A stretch of DNA of 64,000 nt from an uncultured Verrucomicrobiota bacterium (GTDB taxonomy: Bacteria > Verrucomicrobiota > Verrucomicrobiia > Limisphaerales > UBA9464). Both the position numbers and the translations under genes were made by a program. Each line of letters begins with the position of its first letter. Position 1 is the first letter of the stretch. Location: assembly GCA_964525755.1 (NCBI GenBank), contig CAZGIK010000003.1, positions 50,279-114,278 of the forward strand, written 5' to 3'. The notes beneath the pieces are model-generated. The model saw nothing but the letters and a program-made list of their open reading frames with translations, had not been told where the DNA came from and did not search any database. This document shows positions 7,374 through 16,943 of this stretch, piece by piece.

Positions 7374-9749
7374 GTGTTCCGACGGTTCCCGGTTTGGATG
7401 GGCGCCGGACTGGCTGCAGTGGCCGGGCTCCTCTGCGTCCTTTCCCATTTTCTGGAGACCTCGTTTGTGGCCTCACAAGCCGCCTTGGCCGATGCCCGGG
7501 CGGTGGGTGATTCGGATGCGGATCGGCTCCGGTTCCTCGATCGGGCCACGCGTCGACGGGAGCGCCGGCAGCGATTGGATGTCGTCCAGCGGTTGGAGTG
7601 GATGACCTACGACTGGCGGATGCGCCGCCTGGCGCAGTCGGCCACGCGCCCCACACCCGACCTGGGGCTCGTCCTCGCCGACAACTCGACGGTGGAGCGA
7701 TTGGCCTTGGGCCTGGTGATTCCGGGCGAGAACTGGGACCTGTTCTGGCCCCGGTGGCCGGTGTACGGCCGACTTCTCCGCGAGCTCCGGGCACAGGGAG
7801 CCGGAGCGGTGGCCTTTGACATCCTGCTGACCGACCGGCGGTTCTCGGAGGACCGCCTGGTGCGGATGGGGGCGGACGGCGAGGCGGAGGCGTATTCGTC
7901 GGACCGCGAGTTCGCCCGTGAGCTGGCCGCCGACGGGGCGCCTGCCTTCCTGGCCCTCGAGCCCGATGCCCTGCCCATGCCCCTGTTCCACGGGGCCGCG
8001 GCCGGCGTGGGGGATGTGTCCTCGCCCAAGGATGCCGATGGCGTGGCCCGTCGGATCCGGGCCTTCACGGAGTACCGGTGGATCCATCCCGAACTCGGGC
8101 GATTGGCCGATGCGTGGGGAGTGAACCTCGAGGTGACCCCGGAGGATGCCGTGCGGATCGTGGATCCGCGGACGGGCACGGAGCATCTCTTCGAGCCCGA
8201 CCCCGAGGGCATGGTGAGTCTGCCGCTGCGATGGGATCGCCCGGGGCTGCCCGTCCGTCGCCGCGTCGCGGTCCGGCAGGTGCAGCGGGTCTGGCACCTT
8301 GGCATCGCGCTGGCCGCACACCGTCTGGGGCTGGATCTGGAGGGGGCTGAGCGGACGGCGGACGGGGTGGTGATCCCGGGTGCGAACGGCATCCGGCGTC
8401 GGCTGCCGGTGGATCGCCAGGGCTACCTTCCCGTGTGCTGGGGGCTTGAGATCAACCAGGACGGACGGTTCTCGCAGGCGAACCTCGCCGATGTGCTGGG
8501 CGATGCCATGGAGCGCGGCACCAATCCGCCGCCGGACGGGAATCCCTGGCGGGATCGGCTGATCGTCGTGGGCAGCACCGCGTCGGGGAACAACCTGGCC
8601 GACCGCGGGGCCACGCCGCTCGACAACTCGGACTACCTGGTGACCACCTACCTCAATGTGGCCCGGATGGTCATCGACGACGAGTTCATCGAACCCCTCC
8701 CGCTGCGGGTCCGTCTCCTGCTGGTGGTCTGCCTCGCGGGGTTGTCGGCCACGATCACCTGGAATCTGCGGGCCCATGTGGCGCCCTGGTGGATCCTCGT
8801 CGCGGGCGTCGGCTGGGTGGCGATGGCTGCCGAGATGTTCACCGCGCTGCGGATCTGGGTGCCGGTGGCCCATCCCCTGATCGGCGGCCTGCTCCTCCCG
8901 TTCGCCGGGATGGTCACCTGCCGGGTTTTCTTCGAACAACGGGAACAGCAGCGCATCCGGGGCATCTTTGCCCGCATGGTGTCCCCGAACATCGTCCAGG
9001 AGGTGCTGGAAACCCGGAAGGTGGCCCTGGGGGGCGCCCGCCGCGAGATCACCGTGCTGTTTGCCGACATCCGCGGATTCAGCGCCCTGACCGACCGCCG
9101 GCAGCGGGCGGCGGAGGAGACGGTGCGTCGGCTCGGCCTGACCGGACCGGCGGCCGAGGCGCATTTCGAGGCCGAGGCACGGAAGGTCCTCGAGACCGTG
9201 AACCTCTACCTGGCGGCCATCGCCGACGTGGTGAAGCTCCACCAGGGCACGCTCGACAAGTACATCGGGGACTGTGTGATGGCCTTCTGGGGAGCGCCCA
9301 CGGACAACCCGCGCCACGCGGTGCAGGCGGTCGAGGCCGGGATCGAGATCCAGCGCGCCGTGGCCCGGCTGAACCGTCAGCGGGCCCGGCCGGATGCCGA
9401 CCCGGACGATGTCGACGCGGCCGTGCTCCAGGTTGGCACCGGGATCAACACGGGCCCGGTGACGGTCGGCCTCATGGGTTCCGAGGCGCACATCGTGAAC
9501 TACACCGCCTTTGGCCGGGAGGTGAACCTGGCCAGCCGCCTCGAGGGGGTGGCCGGCCATGCGCGGGTGGTGATCGGTGCGAACACCTTCGCCCACCTCG
9601 GGCGCAACGCCCCCGGCCTGGCCGGCCGTTGCCGTGCCCTCGACCGGGTCCAGGTCAAGGGCTTCCAGGAGCCGGTGGCCGTCTATGAGGTGGCGTGGCG
9701 GGAGGAGACTCCCGGGGACTCTCCCCGGGAGTCGACGGCCGGGCTCTGA
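7374..9749 (+). CDS. CHASE2-domain class III adenylate cyclase
   Basis: CHASE2 motifs (WPRWPVY..LL..L..GA.AVAFDIL; DADGVARR; LIVVGSTA); three TM helices; cyclase TVLFADIRGFS, LDKYIGDCVMAFWG, YTAFGREVNLASRLE. Confidence 0.9.
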   Translation: MFRRFPVWMGAGLAAVAGLLCVLSHFLETSFVASQAALADARAVGDSDADRLRFLDRATRRRERRQRLDVVQRLEWMTYDWRMRRLAQSATRPTPDLGLVLADNSTVERLALGLVIPGENWDLFWPRWPVYGRLLRELRAQGAGAVAFDILLTDRRFSEDRLVRMGADGEAEAYSSDREFARELAADGAPAFLALEPDALPMPLFHGAAAGVGDVSSPKDADGVARRIRAFTEYRWIHPELGRLADAWGVNLEVTPEDAVRIVDPRTGTEHLFEPDPEGMVSLPLRWDRPGLPVRRRVAVRQVQRVWHLGIALAAHRLGLDLEGAERTADGVVIPGANGIRRRLPVDRQGYLPVCWGLEINQDGRFSQANLADVLGDAMERGTNPPPDGNPWRDRLIVVGSTASGNNLADRGATPLDNSDYLVTTYLNVARMVIDDEFIEPLPLRVRLLLVVCLAGLSATITWNLRAHVAPWWILVAGVGWVAMAAEMFTALRIWVPVAHPLIGGLLLPFAGMVTCRVFFEQREQQRIRGIFARMVSPNIVQEVLETRKVALGGARREITVLFADIRGFSALTDRRQRAAEETVRRLGLTGPAAEAHFEAEARKVLETVNLYLAAIADVVKLHQGTLDKYIGDCVMAFWGAPTDNPRHAVQAVEAGIEIQRAVARLNRQRARPDADPDDVDAAVLQVGTGINTGPVTVGLMGSEAHIVNYTAFGREVNLASRLEGVAGHARVVIGANTFAHLGRNAPGLAGRCRALDRVQVKGFQEPVAVYEVAWREETPGDSPRESTAGL

Positions 9750-9773
9750 ACCCGTGGAAGCCGGGGTGTCGGG

Positions 9774-10571
9774 TCAGTTGTCGCCATCCAGCAGGCCGCC
9801 GAGGCCGCCGAGGACCGAGCCCTCCCCCCGTCGCGTGCCGCCGGCCTTGGGGGCGGCGGCGTAGATCCGGTCGGCCAGCCGGCTCAACGGCAGGGACTGG
9901 AGCCATACCCGGCCCGGCCCGCGGAGCGTGGCGAAGAACAACCCCTCGCCGCCGAACAGGGCGGACTTGATCTTGCCCACGTACTGGATGTCGAAATCGA
10001 CCCCGCGGGTGAATCCGACCACGCATCCGGTGTCGACCCGGAGCACCTCGCCGGGGGCGAGATCCCGGCTCATCAGGGTTCCGCCGGCGTGGACGAACGC
10101 CCAGCCGTCGCCCTGCAGGCGCTGCATGATGAATCCCTCGCCGCCGAAGAGTCCCGCGCCGAGGCGGCGGTTGAAGGCGATGCCCACGCTGACGCCCTTG
10201 GCGGCACAAAGGAACGAGTCCTTCTGGGCGATCACCTCGCCCCCGACCTCCGACAGGTGGATGGGGACGATCCTGCCGGGGTACGGGGCCCCGAACGCGG
10301 CCCGGGCCTTCTGCTGGGACTGGTTCTGGAAGACGGTCATGAAGAGGGATTCCCCGGTCAGGAGCCGCTTTCCCGCGCCCATCAATGCCCCGAGGAACCC
10401 GGAGTTCTGCTGGGATCCGTCGCCGAAGATGGTCTCCATCTGGATGCCATCCTCCATGTACATCATGCCCCCGGCCTCGGCCACGACCGCCTCCATGGGA
10501 TCCAGCAGGACCTCCACATACTGCATGTCATCCCCGTGGATCTCGTACTCGATCTCGTGCATTGCTGGCAT
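9774..10571 (-). CDS. TIGR00266 / AIM24-family protein
   Basis: [35 protein letters not shown]; GESLFMTVF; QKDSFLCAA; [15 protein letters not shown]; [11 protein letters not shown]. Confidence 0.9.
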   Translation of the reverse strand: MPAMHEIEYEIHGDDMQYVEVLLDPMEAVVAEAGGMMYMEDGIQMETIFGDGSQQNSGFLGALMGAGKRLLTGESLFMTVFQNQSQQKARAAFGAPYPGRIVPIHLSEVGGEVIAQKDSFLCAAKGVSVGIAFNRRLGAGLFGGEGFIMQRLQGDGWAFVHAGGTLMSRDLAPGEVLRVDTGCVVGFTRGVDFDIQYVGKIKSALFGGEGLFFATLRGPGRVWLQSLPLSRLADRIYAAAPKAGGTRRGEGSVLGGLGGLLDGDN

Positions 10572-10669
10572 CTTCGTGTCTCCTCTCTGGTTGGTGTTCT
10601 TCGTTGAACCCGCGGGATGGCGGATTGTTTCGGCCGACAGGGTGTGCCGCAGGCTGGCACGACCCCGGA

Positions 10670-12568
10670 TCATTCGTCGAGGTCGGCCCGGCCCCAGTCC
10701 TCCGGCCGGCCCTGGACCCCGGAACGCGGCGCCCAGGCCAGGCGGCACTCGTTGATGTTCTCGCCGGGGGCGGCCCCTTCCTTGTCGCCGTCGTAGACCA
10801 GCACGTTGAACCCGATCCGGCGGCCCCGGGCGGGGTCGAACCCGATCTCGGCCAGCGGGATCCACGCCCGGATCAGGTATCCCCCCACGACCCGGGCCGA
10901 CCAGAGCCGGGTGCCGGGTGCCGTCCGCTCCACCGGACCGGCGTCCCGGTCGGCATCCCGGGCCCCCCGCACGCGTCCGGAGCGGTCGAAGGGGAAGATG
11001 CCCACCTTGAAGGCCCCGAGGGTGTGCTCGGACCCGGGCGCCGGATCGAAGCACAGCTCCACCGAGTCGCTCCGCCAGTGGCCGCGGATGTCGTCGGGCT
11101 CGATGTTGCTGACCACGCGGTCGTCCGCCACCCGGACCTCCACCGCGATCCGGCGCCCGTCATGGGCGATCCGAAACTCCGCGCTGGAGTCGGCCGGACC
11201 GTCGTTCCTTCCCTGCCACGTCCGGGTGGACTCGATCCCCTGCGCCGGGAGCCCGGCCCAGACGGCGTCGTCCACGGGGGCGTCCGGCGCCGGCAGCCGA
11301 TCCATCCGGGGGATCCGGAGGCGGGGCACGGGATGCAGCCGGGCCGCGACCCGGACCTCCCGACCGTCCACCGTGCCCGCCGCGGCGATCTCGACGTCCG
11401 TCGACGCCGTGCCGGGTGGCGTGACCTGGAGGATGCGGAATCGGGAAGGGGGGCGGCGGTCGGGTCCCAGATCGAGGCGGGCGGGCTCGATGCGCCAACC
11501 TTCCGGCACCATGAAGTCCACGCGGCCGCCGTCGCTGTCGCCCACGAGTTCGATGGGCACCGGCGTCGCCTCGCCGGCGACCACGGGGATGTCGGGACCG
11601 AACGCCGTGGCGGTATGCTCCACGCCCTGTTCCCGGATCCATTCCTCGTACCGGGCCACGGCCGGGCGGGGGAGAAACCGGACGGGTGCCGCCGGCTGCG
11701 GGTCGACCCAGCCGCTCGGGATCCGCGGGGGCAGGGGCCCGTCCACGGGGAGGCCGCGGAACAGGTCCCCCTCGCCGTCCTGGAACGGCACCACGCTCTT
11801 CACGAGCTGGAGCTGTTGCGGTCGGCCCAGCCAGGGGGCGCCGGCGAATCCGCCGAATCCCTGGGAGCGGTGCTGCGAGAGGGCCTCTCCGGCCACGACC
11901 GCCGGCAGGCGTCCGTCGGGCAGGGGGGTGGTGACGGTGACGGTGGCGGTGAAGGGCCCCGCACCGCCATGGTAGAGCTTCCGCACCTGCCAGGGCGACA
12001 ACCCCTCCTGGAGGATCTGCCCTGGGAAACGGCCGGGGTCGGCTGCGGCGTCGAACGCCTCGACCGCCAGGCGTCCGGCGGCCTGGTGGTTGCCGTGCTG
12101 TCCCGGGGTCGGTGCGGGGTTCATGGTCACGATCACCTCCGGGCGCAGGGTCCGGACCAGGCGCACCAGGCGTTCGAGGGTCTCCTCGTGGCCCCACTGC
12201 TCCAGCGTCACCGACTGGCTCTCGGTGTAGGCGAAGTCCTCGCGGTCGAGGAAATGGCAGGCCCGGACGCCCAGGCGGTCGAGGCAGGCCCGGAGTTCCG
12301 CCTCGCGGAGGATCCCGAGGGCCCGTCCCGCCTGGGTGCCCACCATGTTCCCGCCACCCTCGCCCCGCGTGCAGTAGACGTGCGCCACCACCCGGCCATC
12401 CCCCAGCGCGGTCCGGGCCACCAGGGAAGCCACCCCGGTCTCATCGTCGGGATGGGCGAAGACGCCGAGGAGGTCGGTCTTGAGCAGGGCGGCGCCGACG
12501 GGCGGTTCGGCGGCGGGAAGCGACAGCGCGGCCAGCAGGCCGAGGCCGGCGGCGAAGGGGAGTTTCAC
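10670..12568 (-). CDS. Exported PIG-L/LmbE deacetylase with C-terminal CBM9-like sugar-binding domain
   Basis: Signal peptide; VFAHPDDE; TRGEGGGN; HGNHQAAG; C-terminal [20 protein letters not shown]. Confidence 0.8.
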   Translation of the reverse strand: MKLPFAAGLGLLAALSLPAAEPPVGAALLKTDLLGVFAHPDDETGVASLVARTALGDGRVVAHVYCTRGEGGGNMVGTQAGRALGILREAELRACLDRLGVRACHFLDREDFAYTESQSVTLEQWGHEETLERLVRLVRTLRPEVIVTMNPAPTPGQHGNHQAAGRLAVEAFDAAADPGRFPGQILQEGLSPWQVRKLYHGGAGPFTATVTVTTPLPDGRLPAVVAGEALSQHRSQGFGGFAGAPWLGRPQQLQLVKSVVPFQDGEGDLFRGLPVDGPLPPRIPSGWVDPQPAAPVRFLPRPAVARYEEWIREQGVEHTATAFGPDIPVVAGEATPVPIELVGDSDGGRVDFMVPEGWRIEPARLDLGPDRRPPSRFRILQVTPPGTASTDVEIAAAGTVDGREVRVAARLHPVPRLRIPRMDRLPAPDAPVDDAVWAGLPAQGIESTRTWQGRNDGPADSSAEFRIAHDGRRIAVEVRVADDRVVSNIEPDDIRGHWRSDSVELCFDPAPGSEHTLGAFKVGIFPFDRSGRVRGARDADRDAGPVERTAPGTRLWSARVVGGYLIRAWIPLAEIGFDPARGRRIGFNVLVYDGDKEGAAPGENINECRLAWAPRSGVQGRPEDWGRADLDE

Positions 12569-12657
12569 CCGGCCAGTCCATCATGCCGTCGCCGGGCGGG
12601 CAGCCCCAAAATCCCGGTCCGGTCCGGGCGGTCCCCCCGGAATCTGCGGTCAGGCCC

Positions 12658-13368
12658 TCAGGCGGCGCGGGCCGCCCGGGTGGTCTCGAGGTGACGGATC
12701 ATGCTGGCGAAGATCCAGCGTCCGTCCTCGCTGCCCAGCACCGCCTCGCTGGCGCGGTCCGGATGCGGCATCAGGCCGGCGACGTTGAACGTCTCGTTGG
12801 CGATGCCGGCGATGTTGCGCAGCGAGCCGTTGGGATTGCTGGTGTCGGTGGCCTGACCGGCGGCGTCGCAGTACTGCCAGAGGATCTGCCGGTTGGACTC
12901 GATGCGGGCGAGGGTGTCGGGATCGGCGTAGTAGCAGCCCTCGCCGTGGGCGATGGGGATGCGGAGGAGCTGCCCGGCGGGGGTCTCGCGGGTGAAGGGC
13001 GTCTCCGGGTTGGCCACACGGAGGTGCACCTGCTCGCAGCGGAACCGGAGGTCCCGGTTGCGGATGAGCGCGCCCGGCAGCAGTCCGGCCTCGCACAGGA
13101 TCTGGAACCCGTTGCAGATGCCGAGGACCAGTCCGCCGGCCCGGGCGAACTCCTGGACGGCCTGCAGGACCGGGCTGAACCGGGCGATGGCCCCGCAGCG
13201 GAGGTAGTCCCCGTAGCTGAAGCCGCCCGGCACGATCACCGCATCGGCCGCGCCGAGCGAGGTGTCCTTGTGCCAGACGAGCTCCGACGTGTGGCCCAGC
13301 ACCCGGACGGCGTGGACGCAATCCTGGTCGCAGTTGGAGGCGGGGAACTGGAGGACGGCGAAGTGCAT
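12658..13368 (-). CDS. purQ: Phosphoribosylformylglycinamidine synthase subunit PurQ
   Basis: FPASNCD; [16 protein letters not shown]; LGICNGFQ; IAHGEG; LMPHPDR. Confidence 0.96.
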   Translation of the reverse strand: MHFAVLQFPASNCDQDCVHAVRVLGHTSELVWHKDTSLGAADAVIVPGGFSYGDYLRCGAIARFSPVLQAVQEFARAGGLVLGICNGFQILCEAGLLPGALIRNRDLRFRCEQVHLRVANPETPFTRETPAGQLLRIPIAHGEGCYYADPDTLARIESNRQILWQYCDAAGQATDTSNPNGSLRNIAGIANETFNVAGLMPHPDRASEAVLGSEDGRWIFASMIRHLETTRAARAA

Positions 13369-13396
13369 CGCGGCGGGGGGGGCGGCGGGCGCGGGG

Positions 13397-13642
13397 TCAG
13401 TCGGCGATCTCGAGCCGGTAGTCCTCGATCACCGGGTTGCTCAGGAACCGGTGGGCGGCCTCGTTGAGGGCCTTCTCGGCCGCCGCCCGGTCGGTGCCCG
13501 GTGCCAGGTCGATCTCCACGTACTTGCCGACATGCACGCCGGTCACCCCCTGGTATCCCATGTGCTCAAGGGCGTTCTGGACCGTCTTCCCCTGGGGATC
13601 GAGGACGGCCTTCTTCGGCGTGATGACAATCTTCGCTTTCAT
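13397..13642 (-). CDS. purS: Phosphoribosylformylglycinamidine synthase subunit PurS
   Basis: [31 protein letters not shown]. Confidence 0.95.
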   Translation of the reverse strand: MKAKIVITPKKAVLDPQGKTVQNALEHMGYQGVTGVHVGKYVEIDLAPGTDRAAAEKALNEAAHRFLSNPVIEDYRLEIAD

Positions 13643-13737
13643 GGACGCGGGTCGGGTCCCGGACGGGACCGGCGGACTGTGCGACGGGTCCCCGGAGCCG
13701 GCCAGCGAATTTCCGCGCCGTTGCCGGTCTGTCCGGG

Positions 13738-14946
13738 CTAGCCCGGATTTCTCACCGCCTTTCTGCTGCGGCTGGCTGCAAGCCCGCCTGGCGGCGTTGG
13801 CCTCGCGTTCCTCGCCGGACAGTATGTGGTCATACAGCCCGGTTCGGAACCGCTTCGGCCGCCTTGCCAGACAGGCTTTCGCTGCGCCTCGCGACGAAAG
13901 TCGGTGAGAAATCCGGGCTGCCGCCCTCGCTGCTGCTGCTGCTGCATCTCCTGCTGCACCAGGATCTCGTCCTCGAGGTTCACGAACGGCTGGAAGATGT
14001 AGGTGCGGAAGAGGGCGTCGCCGATCTCGTTGAGCTTCACCTGGACCTGGTCGAGGTAGTCGTGGAGGCCCACGGCGAAGATCTCGTCGATCGTCCCGAA
14101 CTCCAGTTCGGCGAGGAGCCGCCCGCTGAGCTTCTCCGCCTCGTTGCTGAAGCGCCGCTCGGGCACGCCGGAGATGCTCCGCAGGGAGCCGTCGAGGCGT
14201 TCCACGCAGAAGCGGAGCGATCGCGGGAACTCCGGGCTGAGGAGCAGGTACTCGGCGACGAGGCGGGGATGGACCTCGCTGCCGTGGATGGCCTTGTAGC
14301 CGTCCCACGCGGAGCACGAGCGCAGGATGGCCGACCAGCCGAGGGCGTCGGCCTGGTTGACCGCCGCGGGGAGCCCCCGGGCCGGGAGGGTGTCGTGGCG
14401 GAGGTCGATCATCCGCGTCGTCTTGTCGGACCGTTCCAGGAACTTGCCGGCCTGGAGGAAGTGCCAGCCCTCGTTGTGGGTCGTCGAGGCGTAGCTGATC
14501 CCGACGAACGTCAGCGAGCTGGAGCGGATCTGGTGGAGGAAATCGAACGGGCTCTGGTCCCAGCATTCCCGGGCCTCGGCCGAGCGGAGGAACAGGTAGA
14601 GGCGGTTCAGTTCCTCCCACATCTCGGCCGGGATCTGGTCCCGCACCATCCGGGCGTTCTCCCGGGCCTGGGCGACGGACGAGACCACCGAGTTCGGGTT
14701 GCGGGTCTCGAACACGAGGAACTCGGTCGCCAGCGGCGCCGTGATCCGGTCGTGCAGGGTGAGGTAGGCCTCCTCGTCGCCGGTCGACGCCAGGATCGGC
14801 CGCCATCGCGCCCCGGCCTGCTCCTCGTCGAGTCGGCGGGAGTCGAGCTGGAGCTGGACGTTCACGTCGACGATCCGGGCGGTGTTGTCGGCCCGCTCGA
14901 TGTACCGGGCCATCCAGTAGAGGGAGTTTGCGACTCGGGAGAGCAT
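13738..14946 (-). CDS. Alpha-E domain protein (DUF403) with MITE-derived C-terminal extension
   Basis: MLSRVANSLYWMARYIERADNTAR; LERSDKTTR; FPRSLRFC; after QQEMQQQQQ the frame runs through the MITE to TAG. Confidence 0.88.
   Translation of the reverse strand: MLSRVANSLYWMARYIERADNTARIVDVNVQLQLDSRRLDEEQAGARWRPILASTGDEEAYLTLHDRITAPLATEFLVFETRNPNSVVSSVAQARENARMVRDQIPAEMWEELNRLYLFLRSAEARECWDQSPFDFLHQIRSSSLTFVGISYASTTHNEGWHFLQAGKFLERSDKTTRMIDLRHDTLPARGLPAAVNQADALGWSAILRSCSAWDGYKAIHGSEVHPRLVAEYLLLSPEFPRSLRFCVERLDGSLRSISGVPERRFSNEAEKLSGRLLAELEFGTIDEIFAVGLHDYLDQVQVKLNEIGDALFRTYIFQPFVNLEDEILVQQEMQQQQQRGRQPGFLTDFRREAQRKPVWQGGRSGSEPGCMTTYCPARNARPTPPGGLAASRSRKAVRNPG
13740..13919. mobile_element. 180-bp MITE-like element with perfect 18-bp terminal inverted repeats
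   Basis: agcccggatttctcaccg (13740-13757) is the reverse complement of cggtgagaaatccgggct (13902-13919). Internal hairpin ctttcg..cgaaag; no transposase ORF. Confidence 0.72.
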
Positions 14947-14999
14947 GGGAAGGGGGGGCGTGGGAGGGGGTGGTTTCGGGGGGGCGCTCGGGGTCCGGT

Positions 15000-16439
15000 T
15001 CACTCGTCGCCGTAGAGCACCCAGGTGTCCTTGCTGCCGCCACCCTGCGAGGAGTTGACCACGAGCGATCCCTCCCGCAGGGCCACCCGGGTGAGGCCGC
15101 CGGGAACGATGACCGTCTTCTCCCCGTAGAGGATGAACGGCCGCAGGTCCACGTGCCGTCCCGCGAACCGTCCGTCTCCGACATGCGTCGGGTGGGTGGA
15201 GAGCGAGATCATCGGCTGGGCGATGTAGTTGCGCGGGTCCCGCTCGATCGCCCCGCGGAAATCCGTCCGCTCGGCCGCCGTCGCCCGCGGTCCCATCAGC
15301 ATCCCGTACCCGCCCGACTCGTTGGCGGCCTTGACCACCAGCTGGTCGAGGTGGTCGAGGATGTACGCCCGGTCCGACTCCTCGCTGGCGAGGTAGGTGG
15401 GCACATTCGGCAGGATCGGGTCCTGGTCGAGGTAGTATTTGATCATCCGCGGGACGAAATAGTAGATGACCTTGTCGTCCGCGATGCCGGTCCCGATGGA
15501 GTTGGCGAGCGACACGCTGCCGGTGCGATAGGCATTGACCAGGCCCGGCACCCCGAGGACCGAGTCGCGCCGGAAGACCGTCGGGTCGAGGAAGTCGTCA
15601 TCGAGTCGCCGGTAGATGACGTGCACCGGCTGCAGGCCCTTGGTGGTGCGCATGTACACCCGGGCGTCGCGCACCACGAGGTCGCGGCCCTCGACGATCT
15701 CGATCCCCATCTGCCGGGCGAGGTAGGTGTGCTCGAAGTAGGCGCTGTTGTGCACGCCCGGGGTGAGCAGCACCACGGTGGGATCGGCCACGCCCGCCGG
15801 GGCGATGTGCTGCAGCATGGTGAGCAGCTCCTGCGGATAGTGGTCCACCGGACGCACCCCCACCTCGGGGAACAGGTTCGGGAAGGTCCGCTGCATCGCC
15901 CGCCGGTTCTCCAGCACGTAGGACACCCCGCTGGGACAACGGCCGTTGTCCTCGAGCACCATGTAGGTGCCGTCGGCCCCGCGGATCAGGTCGGTCCCGC
16001 AGATGTGGATGTAGATGTCCCTGGGGACGGCGAAATCCACGAACTCCCGGCGGAAGTGGCGTCCGGAGAAGATGTAGTGCCCCGGGATCACCCCGTCCTT
16101 GATGATCTTCTGGCCGTGGTAGATGTCGTGGAGGAACAGGTTCAGCGCGGTGATCCGCTGGACGAGGCCGGCCTCGATGTGTTCCCACTCGCGGGCCGGG
16201 ATGATCCGGGGGACGAGGTCGAAGGGGAAGATGCGCTCGGTGCCCTGCTGGTCGCCGTAGACGTTGAAGGTGATGCCCTGCCGGAGGAAGGCCAGGTCGA
16301 GGTCGCGCCGGCGTTCGTCGAAGTCGGCGAGGGACATCCCGGCGAAGTGCGCCTGGAGCCGCTCATAGTGCCGCCTCGGGACGCCCCCGGGGGCGAACAT
16401 CTCGTCGAAGAACTCCTTCGGATCGTAACCCTTCAGCAC
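15000..16439 (-). CDS. Circularly permuted type 2 ATP-grasp protein (DUF404/DUF407)
   Basis: [22 protein letters not shown]; [14 protein letters not shown]; VVLLTPG..NSAYFEH; GGYGML; RHVDLRPF; [27 protein letters not shown]. Confidence 0.95.
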   Translation of the reverse strand: MLKGYDPKEFFDEMFAPGGVPRRHYERLQAHFAGMSLADFDERRRDLDLAFLRQGITFNVYGDQQGTERIFPFDLVPRIIPAREWEHIEAGLVQRITALNLFLHDIYHGQKIIKDGVIPGHYIFSGRHFRREFVDFAVPRDIYIHICGTDLIRGADGTYMVLEDNGRCPSGVSYVLENRRAMQRTFPNLFPEVGVRPVDHYPQELLTMLQHIAPAGVADPTVVLLTPGVHNSAYFEHTYLARQMGIEIVEGRDLVVRDARVYMRTTKGLQPVHVIYRRLDDDFLDPTVFRRDSVLGVPGLVNAYRTGSVSLANSIGTGIADDKVIYYFVPRMIKYYLDQDPILPNVPTYLASEESDRAYILDHLDQLVVKAANESGGYGMLMGPRATAAERTDFRGAIERDPRNYIAQPMISLSTHPTHVGDGRFAGRHVDLRPFILYGEKTVIVPGGLTRVALREGSLVVNSSQGGGSKDTWVLYGDE

Positions 16440-16595
16440 AGGCGGGATCCTATGGGCGCGGGCCCGGTCCGGGACAAGCCGGCAATGGCCCGGACGATGG
16501 AAAACCTTTCATCGATCGCCCCGCCCGGCCCGCTCCCGCGCGCCGCGCGTGGGGAGACTGGACGCGGGGGACGACGGTCGTCAGGTTGGCCGGGC

Positions 16596-16922
16596 ATGCG
16601 ACCGACGGATCTGCAGCCCATCGGCTCGGAACTGGCCATCCGGTGGGCGGACGGCCGGGAGAGCTTCGTTCCCCTGGAGACCCTGCGGAAGTTCTGCCCC
16701 TGCGCGGGGTGTCTCGGGGAGAAGGACATCTTCGGCAATGTCTACAAGGCGCCCGAGCGCCCGTACGGCCCGGGGGCGTTCGAGCTGCGGGAACTCCGCC
16801 CGGTGGGCGGCTACGCGGTGCAGCCGGTGTGGGCCGACGGCCACGCCACGGGGCTGTACACTTGGGAGTGGCTGGAGCGGCTGGCGTCGGCCGGTGCCGG
16901 CGGGCCGGTGCCGGCGGAGTGA
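16596..16922 (+). CDS. DUF971 / gamma-butyrobetaine hydroxylase N-like metal-binding protein
   Basis: LAIRWADG..LRKFCPCAGC..VGGYAVQPVWADGHATGLYTWEWL. Confidence 0.85.
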   Translation: MRPTDLQPIGSELAIRWADGRESFVPLETLRKFCPCAGCLGEKDIFGNVYKAPERPYGPGAFELRELRPVGGYAVQPVWADGHATGLYTWEWLERLASAGAGGPVPAE

Positions 16923-16943
16923 GCCGCAGGGGGGCGCCGTCGC

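Noticed and set aside
12658-13642. purS-purQ without purL
   Set aside because: Dispersed pur genes are common; purL is probably elsewhere in the genome.
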